NCBI RefSeq assembly: GCF_021869535.1
Contig: NW_026262707.1
Span: 806,001 to 870,000, forward strand
Direction of reading: 5' to 3'
DNA length: 64,000 nt
DNA from: Mytilus californianus
Lineage: Eukaryota
Shown here: positions 37,879 through 51,210 of the stretch, piece after piece
Numbering within the stretch: the first letter of the stretch is position 1
Layout: the number at the start of each line of letters is the position of its first letter
The notes under the pieces: generated by a model
Database searches by the model: none
Seen by the model: only the letters and a program-made list of their open reading frames with translations
Told to the model about the DNA's origin: nothing
Position numbers and translations under genes: made by a program

Positions 37879-39849
37879 ACCTTTCTTTATTGATTATTTT
37901 ACTATATTTTACAATGAATTCGATTACTTTTTTATAGATAGTTGTATTAGATGTTATCTTAAATCTGCTTCATTATAAAGACACTTGTATGAGCTGATAT
38001 CTTAAACCAGCTACTGCTGTATTAATAATTTTATTACATTTTATAGTAAATTTTACCACTTTTTGAATACTTGATTAGATGTAACCTTAAATCGGTACCT
38101 TTTTAGAATTAATTGTAAACGACGCAACATTAAAGCGAACACTTTTTATGGATAATTGGTAATATATTTAACTTTATGTCAGCATTTTTTCTACATAATT
38201 CTCTGAGATGTTACCTTAAATCGGCTAGTTTCTTTATTGATGATTATATTACATTTACAAGGTTCAATCACTTTTCATAGATAATGTATTAGATGAAACC
38301 TTATATCAATCATTGATTGTATAGATAATTGCACTTTATATCGGCTAAATTCTATCATATTTTACATGATTCAACCATATTTTATAGTTGTATTAGATTG
38401 AACATTTATTCGATCACTTTTTAATGATCAATTTACTATATTTTCAATTATTCTCGACCATTTGTCTTGATTATTGTGGATGATGCAACCTAGGTCAGTA
38501 TTTTTTTTTTAGAATAATTGTTTTATATGTAGCTTTTAAATCGACCACTTTCTTTAATAATTATTTTCATATATTTTACATTAACTTCGACCACCTTTTA
38601 TAGATAGTTGTATTTGATGTAATTGTAAATCTACCACATGATAAGAGACAATTTTACAATTGTATTAGATGTAACCTTTAAACCAGTCACTGCTCTCTTG
38701 ATAAACTACATTTTACAGTAAAATCAGTAGACCACTTTTTTGATAATTGTGGAAGATGTAACCTTTAACAGGTAACTTTTTATAGATAATTGCATTATAT
38801 GTTCCCTTAAATCGGCCACTTTCTTTATTGATAATTCTACAATATTCGATCATTATTACTGATAATTCTAATAGATGTAACCTTAAATCGACCACTACTT
38901 ATAGATTATTGTATTAAATGTAACCTTCAATCTACCAAAATTCATAGATGATTGTATTAGATTTAACCTTAAACCAGCCACTGCTTTCATGATAATTTTT
39001 CCACATTTTACAGTAAATTTGTCCACTTTTTTTATAATTGTATTAGACGAACACGTAAATGAACAACTTTCTTAATTGATAATCTTTTTTTCATCGGTCA
39101 CTTTCTTTATTGATGATTTTACTATAGTTAGAATAAATTCGAATACTTTTTATTTTTATAGATATTTGTAATATATGTAACCTTAAATAAACCAAATTAT
39201 AATGGTATTAGATGTAACCTTAAAACGGCCCCTGTTTTATTGATCACATATTACGGTCAATTTTACCTCTTTTTGTTAATTATAATAGATGTAACATCTG
39301 CTTACCCTTCCGGAGCACCTGAGATCACCCCCAGTGGGGTTCGTTTTCTATGTTGTTTCTTGTGTACTATTATTTGTCTGTTTTTCATTTTTAGCCATGG
39401 CGTTGTCAGTTTATTTTCGATTTATGAGTTTGACTGTTCCTCTGGTATCTTTCGTCCCTCTTTTAATCAGGACACTTTTTCTAGATAATTGTATTAGATG
39501 TTCCCTTAGATCGGCCACTTTCTGTATTGATTTAAACTATATTTTACAACGAATTCGATTACGTTTTATAGATATTTGTCTTAGATGTTATCTTAAATCT
39601 ACTACGCTATTAAGACACTTGTATTAGATGATATATTAAACCAGCCACTGCTCTATTGATAATTTTATTACATTTTATAGAAAATTTTACAACTTTATGA
39701 CATTTTTTTTTGTACATTAGGGCACACCATTTATAAACCTAAAGCTGGTTTCATGTTAGATGAAGGCGGTGAAATGCAGTCATCTTTAAAAAAAACAGGT
39801 AAGATAACAAAAATTACAACACAAATGTTGTCACATGTCAATTTCATCT

Positions 39850-40620
39850 AAAACAGTGTGCAATACGTCATGGAAGTAGTGCATACATGGGTCAACAAGA
39901 TACAAATGACATGGTTCAACGTTTTAAAAGAGATAAAAATTGGTATATCCAGAAACTGTTCACAAATACAATAGAGTAATTTCAGCGATGAAAGAATTTA
40001 TTTTATGCTCAAGAAAATCGCATTTGACTAAATGGCTCAATTGGTGGGATATCAGACGTAATCATGTTATGGAAGCATTTCAATCTGTCTTTGCACCTTC
40101 AACAAATCTAGCTGAAGCATCCCATGCCTCGATGAAGCTATCTGGAGGGACTGGTTTGAATATTGTTTAGTCTGCCATATATGATATAAGTGAATGCTTT
40201 AAGTTTGAAAAGAGCATATATGGATATTGCCTTGGGTATGTCAAATCCGGAACCGGACCATCCAAAGCTTTGAAAACATCTCGAATTGAGAAAAGGACTT
40301 TAAAAATGTTGATGAACTAATGACTGAATTAGATGGACAATACCACTCTGAAGAGCAAAGCCCTAGTAGAGTATCAATCGCATCATTCCAGCCAAATGAA
40401 TCATCCTCACATAGAGCAGACAAAGGAAAAGATCCTGACAATCGACCTGATGGCCGAAAGAGAACAGTTAAAAGTACTAGTTTCAATAATTCCCTTGAAA
40501 AAACATCAGATACGGTCAGTTAAAAATTGTTGACGTTGAGCAATATTCACCTACTGAAGCTTGTGTTACGGTAAAAACAGAAGATGGGGATTTCTACAAT
40601 GGTAAGTTCAACCAAACAAC
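39850..40620 (+). pseudogene. Mutator-like (MULE) transposase remnant
   Basis: KWLNWWDIRRNHVMEAFQSVFAPSTNLAEASHASMKLSGG resembles the MULE catalytic-Glu region. Confidence 0.5.
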
Positions 40621-41390
40621 GACATGTTCCTGTCCATACTCAAAACGCAGGAAATTTTAAATAAAAGACAAAAGAAATATCCATGCAGACATAAATTATT
40701 TGTTCTTCTGGAAATTTTCTTCATGATGATACAGTTTTACTTCAGTATTCTTACCAATCACACGAAACACGACGGATCATTTCTAAACTTAGAAACCATA
40801 CAGAAGTTTCGAAGGATAAATCTAAAAATCTTTTACCTCATTCTCTGCTAAAAGTAGTTTATTTACATCATTTTTTATTGAATTCAATAAACATGAATAG
40901 TTTTTTTAGATTATTTTATACATAAAAAGTCAAGGACCTCTTCCTAGGTACTTGCAATTTGATGCTGCATTGTGATTTTTATAACTTGTTGAAATCATGA
41001 GGCTTAAATAATATATTGAATTGAATTGATTCAAATTTCGTATATACATATTTGTTATCTACAAGTTCTATCATATTTACAAATACATAGTTAAAGAGAA
41101 ACACATTCATTAGCGTTGGTGTATCAAATGGGGATAGCTTTTCAGAGGCGGATCCATTTTTTTCGAAAGGAGGGTAGGCCTGTTCTGTTCCCTCCAACTT
41201 AAGGTGAAAAAATGTAGAGCGCCTGCCACTTAAGGTTAAAAAATGTAGAGCGCCTGCCCCAAACCCGCCTCCCCCCTTTTCGGAAAGTCATCACTATACA
41301 TACTCAACTTTTTCACAGTTAACATTAAAAACTTTGTTAATATTGACCAGGGCTTTCTAACAGGCATCAATTAAAGGTAGCATCTGTCAT

Positions 41391-41529
41391 AGATAATGCA
41401 TGTTTTAAGCATGTCGGGGTGTCAGGATTGCCCAAAGAAAGACCTCCCGACGGTCGGTTTTTTATTTGATCTATCCTGACACCCCTCGGTGTGTTCTACT
41501 ACAAGAAAAACTTAAAATATGCATTATCT
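41391..41529. mobile_element. Palindromic MITE-like element
   Basis: agataatgcatgttttaag / cttaaaatatgcattatct outer arms and ggggtgtcaggat / atcctgacacccc inner arms. Confidence 0.7.
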
Positions 41530-43155
41530 GACTTCTATACCGTCAAACAAATATTTTTTATAAAGATTTGCAAAATTATGCATCCTATTATACCGACCAC
41601 ACTACAGTGGTATATTACTTTCTAATGCGTTCAGGTTTGAATACGCCCTACGGTGTATTGAGAATGTGAAATAAAACTCACGAATTCATTTAGATATAAA
41701 CTTAAATAATTATCCATGCGCAATAAAGATATTACTGTAACTGCAGGAAGTAAGACACAAATGAATTGTTACCATCCGATAACGGTGTATGAAACATACA
41801 AGACATTTTGTAAGTAATTTATTGTACCAACTTGGTGTATGGAAAAGGGGGTGCTATGTTGTCGTTTTTTTCCTATTTGTATTGACATTTCTATCGCGAA
41901 AAAGTGATTATTTTTTCAACAATTTTAATTGAATCGAATGAAATATTCAAAATAATTTTCTTTGAATAGCAATACATTTTTTAACAGATAATCAGGATAT
42001 AATTCTAACCCCCCATCCCACCTAACCCCATTTTGAGGTACGTGGATGTTATTCAATAGAATATAAGAATATTTTGTTAGTTGATTATTTGATAGAGTAA
42101 AAGGTATACATAAATGTGAAGTTAAGAACTGACACGAAGGGAGCACGAAATCGTGATGCATGTACATGTAACACGAAAACGAATGTCAATACATGTAGGT
42201 CACAGTATGATTTCCTATTCAGTGTGAATCAATAAGATTTTCAAAATCTTACACACGAAAATTTTAAAACTGGATTTTTAAAAAGTGTTATGGAAAGTTT
42301 TAAATTAAAATTCATTAACTGACATTACTTTGTTCATTGATATTTCTGTCAACTTACGCAACGTAGGATGTGCAACACACCAGCAGATTCACGTGTGCGC
42401 TTGACTCTTTATTATCGCCATAACATACTAAAATATTCTAACTTTCGTTTTAAAAAAACAAATGTTGTCTAAAACTGGAGTATGACTTGATTGCATTAAA
42501 GATCTGAACGTAGACGGAACAACTCAATCCGTGTATTTTTTCAAGCATCATTGATTTGAAGTCGTACTCTCCACGTAGATACTTGACTTTAACACAAGAT
42601 GGATTGTATGAATATATGCAATTCTGTTTATCAATATTTTGAAACTTTCGTATGCACAAATTGTCAATTTAATTTCCCATTTGTGCACATGCGCAGATAT
42701 GTAACCATCATGGTTTAGATTAACCCGAATAATCCATTTGTTTTATTCCGATAACTCCAATCATTAATCTACTAAAGACAATTATAAGAACAATCAGAGA
42801 ATTATTATCATGACCTACTGATGCTCAAAACAAGCCATCAACTTTTAATTATTTTTTTAATGTTTTTTCATGAATTTCGAGAATTCATATCATATAAATA
42901 TCTGCATAAGTATATTAAACTTGAATACCCTTAATAAATTTTTTTTTTAATAAATGCAAGGACATATAAAACGTCTATAATGAAAGTAAGGAGAAGGAAC
43001 CCATGGTGAACGTACTCTATGGGCGAAAGAACTCAGGTAGAACAGACCAAGGGCAAACCGACCCAATACCAAATTCACGCATGCATACTACAAAAATATA
43101 CTCTAAAAACATCCGGTTACAAGTAAACAAATAACGTTCATGTAAGATGAGATGA

Positions 43156-43461
43156 CCTCCATGAAACAACAGGATCCAACAGCATGGAGACCTTATTGAC
43201 GCAAAAAAGATGGAGATGGATTGGCCATGTTCTTAGAAGACCAGCAGAGGACTTGACCAGAGTTGCCCTAAGATGGACACCTGAGGGGAAAAGAAAGAAA
43301 GGACGCCCCAAAACAACTTGGAGAAGAACAGTTGAAGCTGAAATGAAAGAACATGGAATCAGCTGGGGCGAAATAGAAAAGAAAGCACAGAACAGAGATG
43401 AGTGAAAAGATCTAGTCCTTGCCCTATGTGCCTCCGGGCATAATAAGGACTAGGTAGGTAG
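43156..43461 (+). mobile_element. 5'-truncated RTE-clade LINE 3' end
   Basis: RWRWIGHVLRR...ALRWTPEGKRKKGRPKTTWRRTVEAE; (tagg)n tail; 14-bp TSD gtaagatgagatga at 43142-43155 and 43462-43475. Confidence 0.92.
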
Positions 43462-44841
43462 GTAAGATGAGATGAAATCTAATAATGTACATAAATAAAA
43501 AAGGGTATATATTTTTACATTAAAACATGAGAAACTATAACACTAATGATAGTGATTGTTTTTCAAGCCTAACTTATAAATTAAATGATGCAGATGCTTA
43601 ATCATGTGTATAAATCGGTATCAAGAAATGGCACGGAAGTTGTTATAAAATTGTAATACACAGAAAGGGATGCGGCATACAACCTGGTAACGGTTCAATG
43701 ATTTTACAGCCTGCAGTAAAGGCTTTCAGAAGACTTGAAGTCTTCTTCCACCAAAAACAAAGAGGTCGTAAATTATAGGGCTAGTAATGAGAGATGATAA
43801 GAGTTGAAACACAACCATAACAGCTGCACCATACACTAAATTTTACGGTCAATAGGTCAGTCTGCTAAATTACATGAAAACAAATAATTAGTAATCTCAA
43901 CACTTTTAAAATAGCAAATTATTGCCAGCAATTAAATACTGATGAGAGATAAGATATAACTAGTTTACAAATTAAGCTCAATGACAGTATTTTAAACTTT
44001 AATTAAAAGACAGATATTGATAAAAGTGCAAACTCCATGATGAATGTTAAAGACAAAAGGTGAAAATACGATGACTGATCAGAAACTTTACAAAAAGTAT
44101 ATATATATCCAAATAAGGACAAATTAAAAATTCTTCCAATTTTACAAAAATTGTAAAAGAAATAATTAAAGATCATGCATACTAGTCAATTTCATGTGAC
44201 ACATGTAAATAATGCTAAATAATTTTGTCGTTTGTGCTGCTCAACCTAACGGGTACGTCTAAACATTGCTCAGGACATACAAAGTGCACTCAGGACCCTT
44301 TATAGCCATCGTATTTGCACACAGGATGGCTGTATATATTCGCTACACGCTACTTATTTAAGAGTTAAATTTTGGTAGAATTTGAAATCGAACTTAGATA
44401 GATATGTCAATTCTTATAAAATAATGAGGGCACGTGTCTCTGATTACACAACTACTGAGCCGTAAATTATTCAATCAACAAAACTGATTGGATTATCTTT
44501 ATTGTTGTTTATGAATTGTGTTGTTAGTACAGTGTTACGTTTAAAATAAATAACACGATGTTTTAAGTTTTTAGGGATTGTTTAATGTAGTAAATTATGC
44601 ATAGTAAATTTTACGTTTATGGAGAATAAAATTTAAAAAAAAACAACATTTCTATGGATACCTATGGATCTTCAGAACGCTGGCACTGTTGTACCATTAT
44701 ATTCTGCTCTACTTCATCATTGTTGTATTTAATTGTATTTAAATTATCATATTTGGGTATTATTCGATGTACTTTTTCAGTCTATTTTTCACGATGACGG
44801 CTAAATTAATTTTGTTGTGGTCTGCAGTTCATGCATAAAGA

Positions 44842-45258
44842 TTGATTGTTGGTTGCTTAACGTCCAGTGGCAAATATTTCATGCATATTCAGGACGAGAA
44901 CAAGTTCACAATAAATACAATAGGTAGGTTCTGTAACAGGGGCGTCCGGATTAAGGTCGGAGAAATTTAAACTGCCACGGGAAATGAGGGTATATTGGAT
45001 AGGGACAGAAATTTGGCCTTGCAACAGGTCACCTACGGACCCCTCAAAGAGTTGTTGCAAGGGTTCTTAACGTGCAAAGAGCGTGGCACTCTCTTTACAC
45101 GAGGCATCGGATTTAACGTCCCTATTCTGATCGGACGTGACTGCGAACTTGTACATCCCGCACAGCCAAACGGACGCCCCACTTTAGCGAGGGTTTTACC
45201 GCCGGTCGGAGGAAGACCAATGGTGACCATATTTCTATTCCCCAGTCACCCTTGGGGG
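44842..45258 (-). mobile_element. SINE-like family, full-length copy
   Basis: 13-bp TSD tcatgcataaaga at 44829-44841 and 45259-45271. Confidence 0.97.
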
Positions 45259-45530
45259 TCATGCATAAAGAAAATAAAAAAAAAAATCGTGTTATTTTAT
45301 AGTTGCCGTTTTTCTGTAACAAGTTCGATTTTTGTTTTTCTTTGGGATTTTTTTTCTCTCTCTCAAATCAACTTAATAAACAAAAACAATGTTTACTGAA
45401 TATCAAATTTTATTGAATTTGTGTATCTTTATTCTCAATAAACCATATACATAGGTATAGAGAAGAAAATTATGTACAATATTTACAATGACAATATTTA
45501 GATGAATTTATTTATATGATTTGCTAAGTC

Positions 45531-45800
45531 TAATATCTTGGCTGCGTACATGCTGTCCTTGGTCTTTTTCTTTGGTTTTGCTTACGAGCAAGTTTCTGGG
45601 GTTTTGGCACTTCAAAATATGTGCACGAAGACTTAGTCGTGGTTTGAACGGATTTCGTGTCAATCAACAGTCTCCGAAATAGTCTTTCTCGCTGTTCTTT
45701 TGTTTTCGAAAACCAACATTGATATGATACATTATGTTTTCTGTACGGACCGAAATGTTCATATTTTTTTTTTACATTAAATGCCAAAATATGATAAATG
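45531..45800 (-). pseudogene. Probable DNA-transposon ORF C-terminal remnant
   Basis: FGPYRKHNVSYQCWFSKTKEQRERLFRRL...LARKQNQRKRPRT (basic NLS-like end). Confidence 0.35.
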
Positions 45801-48187
45801 GCGAGAGTTCGATATACGATAGCAATTATTTAGGACAGTAAACTGACAAAAATAAACAAGGGAAGAACTGAGAAACAAAATTAAATATTTTTTTCATTTG
45901 TTTTACAATAAAAAAATCATTTTTTTTTAATTTAGTTTAGAATCATACTACAATCTTACTTACACAATGTTTAGAAATAATACCCAAATATGATAATTTT
46001 CAGAAAACGGAGACAAATTCATTTTTTTTAGAATTTATTTACACATTGAAATTCGTTCTAGGCTTGTATTACTGCATGGACAAGAACGATTTAGATGAGA
46101 AATAAAATCTTACTAAATGCTGATTTGTTTAACATTCGTATTACTCAGAAATAAAATTAAGACATTTTCTTTTCACTGTTTTACAACAAATTATTCTTCA
46201 GAATTTACATTTACATGAAAACTGCTCAAGGAATCTAAATACTGGACAAGAACGAGCTCAATGTAAAACCAAATCTTACTACATGAAATTGTTTAGAAAT
46301 AATCGCCACATTTTGCAATAATTTATATCTATATTTTGAACGTTTTCAAATGAAATGAATTGAATTAAAATTTCCCAACTATATGTAGTTTTCTCATATT
46401 TCTCAAATGGCTTCAATTATTACAAACAAAACGAAAAGTTTATTTACCATTTTTTTCTAAAACAATATATCTTCATTGTTCTTTATTTTTCAAAAGACAT
46501 CTTGGTTTTGTTTGTTTGCCAAGCTTACTTGTATGAGGTTAATACCATTACTAATCATTCCTAATTATTAAAGATCAAACGACCTAATCAACATGATAAT
46601 TGATATTCAATATAATCATCGGTCATGCCTGACATATTTCATAAAATCGGCGCGTGCCAATGAAAACTTCAATAACTTCTTAAATATTAAATTTATTTTA
46701 TCAAAACAAAAATTATAAGATGGAGAATTAAATTATCTATCGAATGCATACCTTCACTACTCACTAAAACAACTATTTCATGTCCTGAGTGCATTTTGTA
46801 TGTCCTGTATGGACTCAGGAGATCCTGAGCGGTGTTTAGACTGTGACGTACCGCAACTTAACAAGTTCAAATGACATCTCGAGTATTACATAAATTATAC
46901 ACCAGCTTTATCTGGTTGATGATTTATACATTGTTGATGCCACTTGTGTCGTTCCATTATCTTCAGTTCTGATGTTTTTACGCATGCATTTTATCTACCG
47001 ACAGTCGTGCCGAATTCCGCATGGATCCAACACCAATTTGTAATCAAAACAAGCAGTCTTATTATGTAACACGTTTGAAAATTGAGTACAGCAGACAACA
47101 TTGAAATATTATTTCCATCACTTAATCACAAAAACCTGTGCATACTACCAACGACAAAATTATCTTTTTTACAAATGTACTAGAGAATTTCTGAATGATT
47201 TATGATAAGTTTATATGTGTGTAACCAATGTAACCAATGTAACCATTATGTCAATGGGGGTTACAAAACAAGGTAACTGAATTATGGTGCACATTTTGTG
47301 CCTTATATGCAACTACCTGTATAAACCTCCGAACGATATTTTCATAAGGTATGCTATACCAGCATATTTAGTTTCTGATTTTGCTTTCCGTTAATCTGAA
47401 TAGAACAACTGGTTATTCTTAAGAAATTTCTAAATCGATGATCTATATATCTATTAAGTAAGTTATAGTTTTAATGGTTTCATTTTTAATTTCGAATACT
47501 AAATGGTTATCTTTACTTAAAATACTCGTATTTTAAATACAAAACTTGATCCTGCTATCTTTGTTGAATTTATTTATAACTTCAGAGACATGCAACGACA
47601 AAATTATTTACAAAACGATTTTCACTGTACTTAGGCCTAAGTAAAGTCACACCTATATTGAACTCCGAGGGAAATTCAAAACGGAAAATCCCTAATTAAA
47701 AGGCAAAATCAAACGAATGGACATCAACTGACATATTCCTGACTTGGTACAGGCATTTTCAAATGTAGAAAATTGTGGAATGAACAAATTGAGCGATCTA
47801 CAGAAGCCCGTCACTTAGTTCAAAGAAGAAAACAGTAATACCGAAAAAGAAAAAGGACAAGCATATCACAAATTTTGCGATTTAGTTTTTTCTTGCTTTA
47901 AACTGGATGGTGTTATTTCTTAAGTAAACTAATTAAAGTCTGAAGAGAGTAAACATCATTTTCGTAAATTTGTTGTTTTTAAAGACATACAATGGCATAA
48001 ATATTTTATCATTACCCGTGTGGACGTGTCCAGTATCTGCAGTCTTGGGATTATAAACACTGCAAAAACATATTATACACCTTTTTTTAATCTTTTCTAG
48101 ACCTTTTTAAAAAACATAGATATAACCGATTATCTTTTGTTCACATCTTAATGCATTAAAAAGTCAACAAATGACGTTTTTTGTTTT

Positions 48188-48404
48188 CACAAAGGGTGAA
48201 CAACATGCCGCAAGGCGAAATTCCTGTCCCTATCCAATATATCTTCATTATCCAGTGGCAGTCCAAATTTCCCCGACCAATGCCAATCATCCCGGATTGC
48301 CTGGATTAATACAACACGTACATTGTTATTTATTGTTAACTTGTTCTCGTCCTCAACATGCATGAAATATATGCAACTGGACGTTAAGCAACCAACAATC
48401 AATC
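48188..48404 (+). mobile_element. SINE-like family, degenerate internally deleted copy
   Basis: cacaaagggtga joined to ...gcaaggcgaaattcctgtccc...caacaatcaatc. Confidence 0.8.
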
Positions 48405-48885
48405 ATTCGAGCAATTCTAAAATACAATTGGATTTTAAAGTTTTAGTAAATTTTCAATATTTTGTGGCTTTAGATCATTCACAATCCACTGGCAATGTTC
48501 AGCCGGGAACATCCTTTTGGCTTTGATTGCAAAATGTCCTTTTTTTGGAGAAGCCTTAAACTGGCCACCGAACAACCAGTTTAAATGCATGTCCAATTTC
48601 AATTTATAGTCTTAAAATTTACTGGGCCGCTAGGATGGTTGATGAGTTATGAACCCATCCTGGCCATTCTCATAATATGACATGAATGAAGGGTTCGTGA
48701 CCTCCATAATATTAGCCTTCTTCGTCACACTCAGCTCCATTTTGTCCAGTGCACGTCTCCTCTTTGCTTTCTGATAATAAATACATGAAAGATTTGATTA
48801 TCATCGTTCAATGTTTTATATCTAATTATTTCTATAAATCGAAATACAGGTATTGAATAGTATATATAAATGTTTAATTTTAATA

Positions 48886-49292
48886 ACCCTTAAGGGTGAC
48901 TGGGGAATAGAAGTATGGTCACCATTGGTCTTCCTCCGACCGGCAGTAAAACCCTTACTAAAGTGGGGCGTCCGTTTGGCTGTGCAAATTTGCAGCCACA
49001 TCCGGTCAGAATGGGGACGTTAAATCGTGTAAAGAGAGTGCCACGCTATTTGCACGTTAAGAACCCTTGCAACAACTCTTTGAGGGGTCCGTAGGTGACC
49101 TGTTGCAAGGCTAAATTTCTGTCCCTATCCATTATACCCTCATTTTCCGTGGCAGTCTTTATTTTTCCGACCTTAATCCCGGAAGCCCCTATTATAGAAC
49201 CTACCTATTGTATTTATTGTAAATTTGTTCTCGTCCTGGATATGCATGAAATATTTGCCACTGGACGTTAAGCAACCAACAATCAATCAATC
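48886..49292 (+). mobile_element. SINE-like family, near full-length copy with small deletions
   Basis: acccttaagggtgactgggg through (aatc)n; no TSD. Confidence 0.93.
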
Positions 49293-49559
49293 TAAATGAA
49301 CATGTCCTGCAGAGTTCAACTTCTACACTGGAAATATAATCACTTTAAAGGAAAGTATCCAGAAAAAAAAATTGATATTATAAATTTACCTTGTTCATAC
49401 TCCTCCCAGTTTTCAAATTAGGCATGTTAGAATTCCTCTGATAATGAAAGCCACATTCCATACTTTCACTTGTTACTTCTAATACTCCTTTTTTTGGTAG
49501 GTACATTTTTTTCTATTAACTTGTTTTTTCTGTACAACATTTCTCATTACTTTGCGTTT

Positions 49560-50300
49560 TTGTCCAGGAATTTTGTCCTTACGGGCAGTCCAGAAAGCTT
49601 GGGAATTTGTTCTTGAAGAAATAAATCTACATTCATCAGCATATTGTGAATATTGTGAAGAGTTTATATAGGAGACGAAACAATATACACTGCATTTTTC
49701 ATGTCTCTAATGGCAATGATGCATTTTTCCATGTCATTTCTGTCAATTCTGATTGACATTCTTCCTGTACCAAATCTGAAATTCAAAATGATCTTCTGTT
49801 TCTAAAGCAATACATTCTTCAATGATGTTAACTTTATTGTCCGAGGAGACTGCTTTTTCCGTTATATCACTATCCAGATTAAATAAAGGTTGATTTTTGT
49901 ATTCTGATGGCAAGAAATCGATCAATAGGCATGGTATTGAGTGAATAAAACCAGCAGATGTTTGCGAGGCCAGTGATTCCTTTTCCAGTTAAAACAAGAA
50001 CAGTATGGTCCACCAGTATTGATCAACATAGTGTACCGAGTCGGATTCAGGGCTTCTAACATTGAAGCCATCTTCTGTAACTATTATACTGCCAGGTAGA
50101 ATTTTTAATTCACACGGTGGTATTCTATCCAGACAGTGTGTCAACAGACTATTTAGGTCTATCTTGTAAAAATGATGGAATATTAGATGAATATAACCTG
50201 TTCTCATGCATATAGGAGGTATTCTTTCTTATTTATCTGAAAAATTAAGAAAACAAATGCTGACATGTTCACGAGGGGTTTTCTTAGATTAAGTATAACG
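49560..50300 (-). pseudogene. MULE-type transposase remnant with SWIM zinc finger
   Basis: FNVRSPESDSVHYVD...CSCFNWKRNHWPRKHLL, a degenerate CxCxnCxH SWIM motif. Confidence 0.6.
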
Positions 50301-50791
50301 GTGCTAGCTGATATCGAAAACCCAAGTCTGGCCTTAAATGCCTGACAATAACTAAGTTAGTAAGTAAGTAAATTAATTATTTTAGTGACATGTGTATCAT
50401 AACATACAGCTACTTCAATACTTAATTGATAGGGGGTTCCGCTGGGGTTCTATTACCCCATCCTTTTCATATAATTTAGATTTTAAAAATGTATACCTTT
50501 TCATATATTGCGTAGGTAAAAATGTAACCTTTTCCCATATCGTTTGGGTTCCATGTGGTGTTTTATGTAAGAGTGGAATACCAAAGTGTCAAAAGAGAAA
50601 CATTGGTTGATAAAAAACAGCCCGGAACACCAAGAAAGATGGCAGACGAAGTTTTGGGAACTTTATTGACCTTATCATATATTTCTGATAGTTTTCCCGA
50701 CCTATTCACATATATTCAAGCTAGAAAAGGTGATCTATTCCAGCGGCACGTCCTATCATCTTATATATAGGGAGTTTTATCTTTTGGATGT

Positions 50792-51210
50792 ACCCCCAAG
50801 GGTGACTGGGGAATAGAAGTATGGTCACCATTGGTCTTCCTCCGACCGGCAGTAAAACCCGTGCTAAAGTGGGGCGTCCGTTTGGCTGTGCGGGATATAC
50901 AAATTTGCAGCCACGTCCGGTCAGAATGGGGACGTTAAATCCGATGTCTCGTGTAAAGAGAGTGCCACGCTGTTTGCACGTTAAGAACCCTTGCAACAAC
51001 TCTTTGAGGGGTCCGTAGGTGACCTGTTGCAAGGCTAAATTTCTGTCCCTATCCAATATACCCTCATTTCCCGTGGCAGTCTAAATTTCTCCGACCTTAA
51101 TCCCTTAATCTATTACAGAACCTACCTATTATATTTATTGTGAACTTGTTCTCGTCCTGAATATGCATGAAATATTTGCCACTGGACGTTAAGCAACCAA
51201 CAATCAATCA
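50792..51210 (+). mobile_element. SINE-like family, full-length young copy
   Basis: 13-bp TSD atcttttggatgt at 50779-50791 and 51211-51223. Confidence 0.97.

Larger units (their letters stand above)
36850..39690. repeat. Degenerate tandem satellite-like array
   Basis: Many diverged repeats of ttgtattagatgtaaccttaaatcggccactttctttattgat; interrupted by nested SINEs and another repeat. Confidence 0.8.
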
